64,000 bases of DNA from positions 5,437,839 through 5,501,838 of the forward strand of contig NC_068992.1 of the NCBI RefSeq assembly GCF_001194135.2, read 5' to 3'. Below, in pieces: positions 53,956 through 64,000 of the stretch (positions are counted from its first letter, which is position 1; each line of letters starts with the position of its first letter). Under the pieces are notes generated by a model. The model did no database searches. It had not been told where the DNA came from and saw only the letters and a program-made list of their open reading frames with translations. Made by a program: the position numbers and the translations under genes. The stretch comes from Octopus bimaculoides. Lineage: Eukaryota.

Positions 53956-55260
53956 TTACCTCAGTAAGATCATGAGCCAATTTCCAGCGATACTCTGCCA
54001 ACGGAAGTTTCATCTACATTGTCACCATTGCTCCATTGATTATATGCCCTTCTGCAAAGGTTCTCTATGCTCATTAATTCTGTCGCCAAAATTTTCAGTA
54101 TATTTTTCAAAGAGACTGAGCATATTTATGCATATGCTTGATTCCAAATTTTGCGAGTTCTCTATCATGTTATTACGGCATAGTTGGTTGCTTTCTAGTG
54201 GCCTTTACAACTTTTCGAAAAAATTCCACGCTTTTGACTCAATGTCGTACATTGAAATTATGAAGTTCCCATCCCGTCTTTCTTTCATTTTCAGATTTGA
54301 AACAAATCAAATACCTCAGCCTTTATCTTTTAAAACTGCAAACAGGGAAATGCGTTGTAGATACAGTGAAAGCATGATCCATGTTTAGCCAAACATTTAA
54401 CAAGCTTCTTCATAAAGCCAAGTTTGGTAATGGAGTGGTGATATTCCTTGATGAAGTAAATGCTCTTCAATCACATTAAAAGACATGGGTCCTAATGATA
54501 CGACCATTCATTGATCAGTCAATATTTCCCCCTGTATTGCTGTCCCAATACAACAAACTGGATAGCTGGTTCACCGACATTGACTCTCGGGAGAAAACTG
54601 AGCATCGTCACCCAACAGCGAATGAGGTTGTTAATTTTCTCTAGTACTACCTTTCTCCACTTCATAATTCTCTGCTTGATTTGTGGAGTGAGCAATTTTT
54701 AAAGAAGCCGATAATTTTACATGTGGTAGCAAAACGTATTTCAAATGTGTTTTTCAGCTCTCAATAAACAAAGGTACTAATTCATTTGAATGATATTCTG
54801 CTCAGGCCAATCCTCGGTAGTAGTCTTTCAAAGCTTTTATAATTCAATAACGCATCATTATTTCTGAAGAACGAAAAAAATGTCTTTCATCCCAAGTGCG
54901 ATAAAATGTGAGTTTCATTCTTACTTTAAAAATGCTTTTCCCCCTTTATTGTAAATTTTGTTGATGAATGTAAGCCCCCTACCAAGTCACTGAGCTTATT
55001 TTGATGAAATAGATGAGGGACTGGCGTGCTAGTGCCAAAGTATTGACGACCATCGGTAAATTCTTCCGTGATTGGTACTTCCTAGTGATCAAGCTCGCAA
55101 AATATTTTCCTAAATTTCACAGATAAAAAATTCATTTTTTCTGAAAACTGATGGGATTGTATATCTCAATATCTAGAAGTGATGGTGAAAATTTGAGATC
55201 ATTTTTGGACCCAGCATATCAAAACGGAAAGCTTTAAACCAACAAAAACGTCGAGACAAC
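53956..55260 (-). mobile_element. Chapaev3-like (CMC superfamily) DNA transposase pseudogene
   Basis: Ordered translated blocks across frameshifts: PHLFHQNKLSDLV; KLTFYRT; LFIES*KTHLKYVLL; IAHSTNQAENYEV/VVLEKIN; MLSFL; YP..C/LYWDS; TKLGFMKKLVKCLAKHGSCF...FP...KIKAEVFD; SMYDIESKAW; ENFGD..NEH.E....I..ME. These follow the recalled Chapaev3 pattern (PQPFTQ.ELNDLVRDL; WRLFIDSSK.SLK.VLLH; LHIKLGLMKQFVKAL; PENLG..S.EQGERFHQDI). Core is 53956-55020; the 5' extension is weaker. Confidence 0.8.
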
Positions 55261-55577
55261 AAAATACATGTCAACAAACTTCTTCCATATACAGGTCTGC
55301 CTATTCATTTAGTTACCGTGAACGTGGCTAGTTTTCTGTAGACACTTGTTACGTTAGAGGAAATGCAAGCGTTAAACAACTGGCTTCCAAACAACAATTT
55401 CTGTCTACCCAATTTCATTTACGATAATTGAGTTGACCTGTAACTACTTTAAGAGAATCTTGCATTAATGCCTCCGAACGAACTATCGTGGTATAACTGT
55501 GTCCATAATATCAAATTAATGAATAATATGAATATTGCCAATGTTTGGTAGACACATAATAGAAATAGTATACTCAC

Positions 55578-55590
55578 CTGATAATCGTAT
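55578..55590 (-). other. Candidate 13-nt microexon ATACGATTATCAG
   Basis: Minus strand ctattaaacgctgtctgtttag|ATACGATTATCAG|gtgagt; consensus donor. Confidence 0.4.
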
Positions 55591-56208
55591 CTAAACAGAC
55601 AGCGTTTAATAGAGACTAATATACACTGTATCGTAACAAATTTTCATTTACCCGAATGTTAGATCATATAGAGAATTCATTCTATATGCAAGCAACATAG
55701 ACGTTCAGGTAATATTGAGACGTAAACTTTGTTGCTACTTTTTATATTTTAATCTAGAAGGATACAAAGCGCTTAAACACTTACAAACTGTTTTGGTAGC
55801 TGCAAAAGACTAACATGTCCCAATGCTTACATAAGGGAGAATTTCCATAGAGACACATATTGTCACGGGTGGTGATGTTACAGAGGAGACGTATTTCTCT
55901 GATGTTCGTAGCCAATGTTAGCATTGACATACCCTCCAAATTATATTCAGAAGTAAAACAGAATAAAAATTGAAATGCGCGTTTGAAAGAGGATATTTCT
56001 CCATTGATATTTGTTTTGGCGTATCTGTGGAGTGCGTAAGTGGATTACATCGACCTCAGGCATAAATGGTAATTTTTTTATCAATACCGATTCGTTGAAA
56101 TATGAAGGTGATCTCAGAACGTAAAGACTGACGATGTGATGTTAAGCAATTTCCAGGGCATGCTAATATTTGTGTGTGCGCGTGTGTGTGTGTGTATGCT
56201 TTTATACG

Positions 56209-56294
<86 letters not shown>

Positions 56295-56779
56295 NNNNNN
56301 NNNNNNNNNNNNNNNNNNNNNNNNNNNNNNNNNNNNNNNNNNNNNNNNNNNNNNNNNNNNNNNNNNNNNNNNNNNNNNNNNNNNNNNNNNNNNNNNNNNN
56401 NNNNNNNNNNNNNNNNNNNNNNNNNNNNNNNNNNNNNNNNNNNNNNNNNNNNNNNNNNNNNNNNNNNNNNNNNNNNNNNNNNNNNNNNNNNNNNNNNNNN
56501 NNNNNNNNNNNNNNNNNNNNNNNNNNNNNNNNNNNNNNNNNNNNNNNNNNNNNNNNNNNNNNNNNNNNNNNNNNNNNNNNNNNNNNNNNNNNNNNNNNNN
56601 NNNNNNNNNNNNNNNNNNNNNNNNNNNNNNNNNNNNNNNNNNNNNNNNNNNNNNNNNNNNNNNNNNNNNNNNNNNNNNNNNNNNNNNNNNNNNNNNNNNN
56701 NNNNNNNNNNNNNNTATATATATATATATATATATATACATACATGCATATCTATCTATATATATATATATATATATAT

Positions 56780-56832
<53 letters not shown>

Positions 56833-58735
56833 AAGAAAGAAAAAATATCTATTTATCTTTCTACTTAACTATCTCTTCAAAAGTCTATTTGCAAGTCAAC
56901 GACAAGGTTGTTAATCAATTAATTCGTTTCTCATTTCGAGCTTTTCTTGTTTTATTCTTTCTACTCTATCCCTCAGGGTATACATACAAATTATACATCC
57001 AGTCCTCTCTTTTCACTTCGCTTTTCTTCCTCTCTCTCCTTCACTCACTTTCCCAGTCTTTCTCTCCACTTTTCGCTATTTTCCTCTGTTTTCTTTTCCT
57101 TCATTTGTCTCTCTTTTCTGTGTCCTGTACTTCAGCTTTTTCTTTCTTTCCAAATGATAATCTCTGCTCTGAATTCTACACACTTCTCATTCCTACTGAC
57201 CGATCTCTCTCCTATCCCACACTTGAGTAAATGCAAACTGCCCCTTCAAGCTATATGTTTCTCTTGCATACTATCACACTAATACAGTTCTACAAAGTTA
57301 CAATTCCAAATGACAAAAGCATTTGTGACGCTGCTCGATCACACAAAAAGTTCATGATTTCGACCGAAATACCACGACTAGTTAAAGATTATTTTGTCGC
57401 ATATGACCTTTACTTGTAACTTACTTTCTTGACATAGTAAATGTGGACGATTGAGAATACATCGAACAGAGTTCTATCAATAACATTCCCACTCTAGCTG
57501 ATAAATCAGGTACAGATTAACAATAAGACTATTCCAGTCGCAGAATCCTTATTCCTGGACGTAGATGTGTCAATATTTCTATTCACATTAAGAATATCTA
57601 CTCGCATGGGTGTATGCTTTTGAGAGAAGAATATCATTTAATGATAGCAGGACAGTGTAAACAGTAATATATCGTTTCATTTTTCTGTGAAGATTGTGCA
57701 ATTAAAAAATCTCATTATAAACAAAGCAGTGTTAAATTATCGGTGCAAATAATATGTTACGAATTCTACCACATAAATAGTTCATTTACAGAATCTCTGT
57801 ATAATTAGTGCAATGTAAACAGTTTGAATGTCGCTATTCATTATAAACAGCACTGATAGGTGCTCATTATACAACACATATTTAAATAAATATTCAGTGT
57901 TATTATGTGGACACTTGTTCATTTTAAATACAATGATGCTAGATAGTTAGCGTAATTGTTACATGTGTAGGTGGTCACTGTAACCTGTAGAGTTGTGTAG
58001 ATTGAATAAGGCAGAAACATAGCAGCATTCAAAACATTAGAAAGTAGACAATAGAATAAGAGATTATCAGTATAATCTGTGTATTAAGCATCCATCAATG
58101 TACGTTATAAAATGTAGTGTAATGGGTGGTCAGGGAAACAGTAGATAGATGGTTAGTATTAAGACGTCAGATTCTAGATACGCCGATTTATATTTCAATA
58201 GTAGATACATATGGTGCCTATGTTTATGGTGAACATTTTATCCTTGAGAAAACCAATGTTAACAGGGAATTATCCCATTCATAATGTAAATTTTACCCCT
58301 GAATTCCATCCGTGTTCACAGGATTGATATAGGGCGTATTCGCCTTTTTTAAAGATTGCATACGAGATGATAAAATAACAATAGTGACATTAACGTATCA
58401 TCGTACGTTTGCTGGGTGGGTTATTAAGATAGATGTACTGACATAATTTATAGGCATATAATTGATAAAATCGTCTAGGTGTCGGTTAGGAAACTTCTGA
58501 ACTGACGTGATATCTTCTCTTTCATACATAAGATACAAAGGGATCGGAGAAAATATATATATATATATATATATATATAAGTACGTATGTATGTATGTAT
58601 GTATGTATGTATGTTTATATGGACGCATAGATAGATATACGCGTATATAGATACATATATGCATTTACATGTATATGTGTATACAGGATGCAAATGGTAT
58701 TCGGTGTAATTTTCTTCAGAAAGTCTTACACCTCG

Positions 58736-58793
<58 letters not shown>

Positions 58794-58803
58794 CATATAT
58801 ATG

Positions 58804-58834
<31 letters not shown>

Positions 58835-59263
58835 ATACGGTGATATATTATGTTTTACTTAAACGGTTTTAGTTTTTTTAGTGGAACGCATCACCCCCCC
58901 CCCCCACCACCACCATGACTTGATTTTTAAATAAAAGTAGTTATTCAATCATCTATTTTGCCGAAATGCTAACTTACATAGATTTAAACGCACCAAAACC
59001 TGCTGTCATGCTGTAATGGGTTACAAACAGAAATACACACACATAAATATATACATTAATATACGTATTTTCATGTGCGCACACACGCACGTACACACGC
59101 ACGCACACACGCACACAGTGAAAGAGAGCTCTAGTGAGAATTTTGACTGAAGCCATCAGTTGTTTGATCACAAGACTAATAACGCCACGCATGCGGCTTA
59201 ATATCCTTTTAATACCAATACACGCCTCCTTGAATGTCTTTCTGCTTTAGAGAAAAATGGATT

Positions 59264-59326
<63 letters not shown>

Positions 59327-59955
59327 GTATATCTATCTATATGTAAGCGATATGTATATATGCATGTAAAAGTGAATCGATGTGTATATAGTATATACAG
59401 ATATCTGTCTATGTATAGGTATCTACTTTTCTCACAATTACATATATAATTTATTTTCAGAGTTAGAAATGTGTTACATAGTTTCCCTTTGTATGCGGTT
59501 GAATGTGTTTCTGTGTGTTATTTTCACGTATGCATTTGTGTGTATGTGTGCATGTGTGTATGTGTGCCTGTGTGTATGTGTGTGTATGTATATGTGTGTG
59601 TGTATGTTCTTGTATATGCGTTTCTGTGTGTTGCTGTAAACGTTTGTATATAGCATTATGTTTATGTATTGAAGAGCATTGTTCGATTTCTGAATTCAGA
59701 AATTGCTTTACGAACGACATTTCTGTTTTTATTCTGAGGAGATATTAACGATAAATATTTACTTGTTTTCTACATTTCTCTTTAATCTTCTTTCGAATTC
59801 TCCATCATTTCTTTCGTTAGTCTTTTGATGTGTCGTCTCGTCTGGTTTGTATGACAATGGTTTGTTGTGTATGACATTGACACACAGCTGGAATTTGTCT
59901 TGGACCTAAATGATCCTATCAATATCCTCGGGTTACTCAATAATAAATAACTCAC

Positions 59956-59969
59956 CTGACATTTCCTTT
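59956..59969 (-). other. Candidate 14-nt microexon AAAGGAAATGTCAG
   Basis: Minus strand ctgtttattttgtcttttctttaatag|AAAGGAAATGTCAG|gtgagt; long pyrimidine tract and consensus donor. Confidence 0.45.
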
Positions 59970-60434
59970 CTATTAAAGAAAAGACAAAATAAACAGCTGG
60001 ATATATTTTCTTGTTTTAGCAAATAATTTAATTTTCTCACAAATTACGAGAGTTTTTGTTCTATAGCCACAATGTCTAGCGAAATAACATGATAGTGAGA
60101 TGAGAATAGTTCGCCGCTGGGTGCTCTTTCAAAACGGCATAATTACAAGTTATTACTCTTTTCAAATATAATGTCGTCAAAATATAATGATAACTTTGAT
60201 GAAGTCAATGGATAAATCTCTCGCTATCATGATATATTTGGTTATCTGAGGGGACATAACATTTTTTTCATTTATAAACTGAGCACGCACTAATTACAAC
60301 ACACCAGTATTTTGCATAGTCAGCGTATTTCGCATACATTTCTTCTGTAAATATATATGATAATTGGGTATATATACGTGTGTGTATATAGGTATTTAAA
60401 TACATCTATATATGCATGCATAATTGTATATACT

Positions 60435-60503
<69 letters not shown>

Positions 60504-60718
60504 NNNNNNNNNNNNNNNNNNNNNNNNNNNNNNNNNNNNNNNNNNNNNNNNNNNNNNNNNNNNNNNNNNNNNNNNNNNNNNNNNNNNNNNNNNNNNNNNN
60601 NNNNNNNNNNNNNNNNNNNNNNNNNNNNNNNNNNNNNNNNNNNNNNNNNNNNNNNNNNNNNNNNNNNNNNNNNNNNNNNNNNNNNNNNNNNNNNNNNNNN
60701 NNNNNNNNNNNNNNNNNN

Positions 60719-60749
<31 letters not shown>

Positions 60750-61557
60750 CAAGAATAAGATGGTCAGCTCACTGGAGAGTTTGATGAAAATTTCGCGGAC
60801 CTAAACTTCGAAGTCGCTCTCAACGCTATTCTCGTTTAAGCGGAATAATTTAGTACTCAACTAATTGTTTTGAGTAATCCTTTAATTTAACGTAATATTG
60901 TTTTTATTCTTTAATATAATACGCATTAATATGCATACATACTTATATACACACACATATATATATATATATAGATATATAATTATATAATAAACATTCA
61001 TACATATACACACATATATATATACATTTATTTGTATGCACGTGTGTATGTATGAATGCATGTAATGATGTATGTATGTCTATGCATATGCATATGTATT
61101 TCAGGAGTGTGTAAGTTTATTTTGACGAATAAATCTTTGCAAACAAATGCACTCTTCCATACTGCAAATTTGGTACCTCTCCAACAGTTTTAAACCATGC
61201 CACTGCGTTATTAATAAATTTGCCATTACAGAACCCAACACTATCTATGAGAGATTGTGAGCGTTAGTTTGTGAACTATTGTCATTAGTTGAGAAAATAT
61301 ATAAGTATTTTCAAGCATGAAATCACGCAATAAACTATTTCTGTCTGCCATTAGAATCACCACTGACAGTTACGATTCATACTTTATAATGCCTAAAATA
61401 AATCATCGTAAGTGTATAACTGACTATAATGTGGAATAGTATTTTGTAGAGAATATTGTATTGTAGCCTGTTCGATAACCAACGAAAGTACGTGTCGGGA
61501 ATCTTCGATATGGTCACGTCACAGTGTTTAAAATGTATTGAAGTAAAGAATCCCTTC

Positions 61558-61821
61558 GGTCATGAATAACCATGTGGTTGCTCCAAGAAAGTTACCTTCC
61601 GAGGCACAAATCCGGGTTAGGTTATTTATAGAAGACCAACAATTGCCCATACATAAGGATGTTATCTGAGGGAAAGGAAAAGATCGAAACAGCTTGGCTC
61701 CAGTGATGTCGCAATTGGATCATTGTGAAATGAAATGTTCAAAAGCACAACACACAGCCCGGTCCTGGAATCGAACTTAACACCTCATGATTGTGAGCCC
61801 GACGCTCTAACAACTGAGGCA
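61558..61821 (-). mobile_element. tRNA-derived SINE family D with an RTE-like 3' tail
   Basis: Minus-strand head CCTCAGTTGTTAGAGCGTC...AAGTTCGATTCCAGGACC has A and B boxes. The tail CCCGGATTTGTGCCTCGGAAGGTAACTTTC resembles recalled RTE-type tails. Confidence 0.7.
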
Positions 61822-62239
61822 TTATACAATAGCAAGTAATTTGTACTTTACACTACAGTTTATACAACCATATATTCTTATATAATTACACGCACACAGA
61901 CATTGAAACATATCTGTTGCGGAAAAAGCAGCAAAATGTGATAAATGATGAAGAATTGGTGGAGTTAACAACAAAGATATTACCCACATCATACGCTGTT
62001 TTCCAAAAAATATCGTCACGGTATTGTCTACCGATGAGACATGATGTTGGACTAAAACACTGTATAATGAAACCTGTGGAAAGGATAACCCTGAAGCAAA
62101 AGAAACAAGAACCTGCAGTAAGGTAGGCACATCTAATACGAAGGAATTTGGTCATAATGTCCCAGTAAAAAACCCAATAAAATGTAAACAGAGTAGACCT
62201 GACATAATGATTTGTGCTAGAGAAGAGGCTTTGTGTACT

Positions 62240-62600
62240 TTGTGAATATTCGCTGCCCAGCGGATGCTAACCGAAAGCTAGAGACCACCTTTTACACTCT
62301 GGCCTTATCTGCTGTGGCCTAGCAAGCTAGAACGATGACAGAGAGGTCCGCGTCTAGTGGGCTTTATAGTGGTGTGTCCTCGACAGGTTGCCCACCCCGG
62401 CTAACGAGAACCATCTGCTCGGAGCGGCCTGGTTATACTGCGTCAAACACCCGGATTTGTCCTCTCCTGTTAGATTAGATCTAGGTTGTACCACGAGGAG
62501 TTCAGATTAGAACTTGGGGTTTGCATCATTCAGTGGAAGATTTAGCCGAATATGGGGCTCGCCCAAACCAGCAATCGGTCACTATGAGGACTATGAGAAC
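62240..62600 (-). mobile_element. GC-rich block, possibly an RTE-type LINE 5' UTR fragment
   Basis: Abrupt GC-rich block; GGGTGGGCAACCTGTCGAGGAC resembles recalled RTE 5' UTR sequence. No ORF support. Confidence 0.25.
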
Positions 62601-63446
62601 AGACTATACCACCCACTACTACTTCTAGTCATTACACAAACAGTGGAATGTTGCAGAAATATTGGTAATCTTGAAGTTCAGAGATTTCCCTTTACTTTAC
62701 GATTTTTATTGTAGCTTGTGGTAGTAGTGGTAATGTTGGTAATGATGTTGTCAGTGTTGGTGTTGCTTATGGAAATGCAGGTGTGGTCTTTGTTTTTTTG
62801 TTTTTTGCATGCTTCATTATACTCATAATATTAGTAAAATCTATATCATTGTTGTTGCTGCTGATGTAGTTGATTCCCTTTATAATACAAGCTTTCAATT
62901 TTATTTCTAATTTTATTTTACAGTATGGATACACAAGAAAAAAACAAACAAATGAGAAAGACATCAGGAGAATCGAAACCAAAAGAAAAAAAGAAAAATA
63001 TTTCATATTTGCTTGTTTATTTGCCACATACCGTTTCAACTCGTGTCTCAGTCATATACATATGTTTGAAAGTAAGCAATACCCGGTGCACTGAGCTCAA
63101 AGAAGTCATGGAAATAAAAAAGAAAAACATTTCATAACAAATTTAAAATACTAATTCACAAGAACGATCTTTCATGCATAAAAACGAACATACATTTGTA
63201 ATATATTTATATATATGTATATANNNNNNNNNNNNNNNNNNNNNNNNNNNNNNNNNNNNNNNNNNNNNNNNNNNNNNNNNNNNNNNNNNNNNNNNNNNNN
63301 NNNNNNNNNNNNNNNNNNNNNNNNNNNNNNNNNNNNNNNNNNNNNNNNNNNNNNNNNNNNNNNNNNNNNNNNNNNNNNNNNNNNNNNNNNNNNNNNNNNN
63401 NNNNNNNNNNNNNNNNNNNNNNNNNNNNNNNNNNNNNNNNNNNNNN

Positions 63447-63506
<60 letters not shown>

Positions 63507-64000
63507 GTATATTTCATATATATAAATACGCATATATCAACATAACTACATATATATATATATAATGCACATATCTATGTATGTATATAAACACATATTG
63601 TACGCACACACGAGTGAACATATAGACACACACGTCCTCACACGCATGCACGCATCACACACGCACACAAAATTTCATACACTTTTCGTTTATTTTTTTT
63701 AAAGAAGGAGAATTCATCGTTGTACTGAAAATAACATTTACATTTATTACCTTTATATCAAAATGTGCCTGCTAACTACGCAAAGTAGTAATGCACATAC
63801 ATACAATTGCATTGATATAAATTTACATGTATATGTGTATATATAGGTCTATATATAACAAAGTACCTCTACATATGTGTGTGTGTGTGTGTGTGTGCAC
63901 GTGTGTCTGTGATGTACATATATGTGCATCTACTCAAATATACACATGTATGTATGTATATGTGTATATTTACATATATATATATATATATATATATATA

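Noticed and set aside
57440-57580. VDD...FLDV peptides reminiscent of Penelope RT
   Set aside because: They lie in different frames with stops; similarity is too weak.
61917-62126. 69-aa plus-strand ORF ending near an AG|gtaggc donor
   Set aside because: No convincing acceptor and no recognisable protein similarity.
62340-62500. TCCTCG motifs on both strands suggesting an HDV-like ribozyme at a LINE 5' end
   Set aside because: No matching P1/P1' helix and no GG for P1.1 in either orientation.

Overview
AT-rich, microsatellite-dense eukaryotic DNA with many N gaps, nearly all bordered by simple repeats. The repeat landscape resembles an octopus (coleoid cephalopod) short-read assembly; this species call is inference from recalled repeat sequences. 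I found no intact protein-coding gene or recognisable host exon. Almost all ORF-track entries are microsatellite or N-gap read-throughs. The window looks intronic or intergenic. It holds decayed transposon fragments (Dong/R4-type restriction-like endonuclease, Penelope-like RT-to-endonuclease linker, mariner D,D34D transposase, Chapaev3-like transposase, probable CR1/L2-group LINE), at least four tRNA-derived SINE families and a hAT-type MITE. The most notable signals are: (1) several small non-coding repeats carrying minimal type I hammerhead ribozyme folds, including one apparently intact copy at 6175-6217 and a tRNA-headed element with an inverted head duplication; (2) three minus-strand microexon candidates of 14, 13 and 12 nt; (3) a perfect GC-rich 15-bp inverted repeat and a 35-nt local near-duplicate. 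All calls were made by eye; no searches or folding programs were run.
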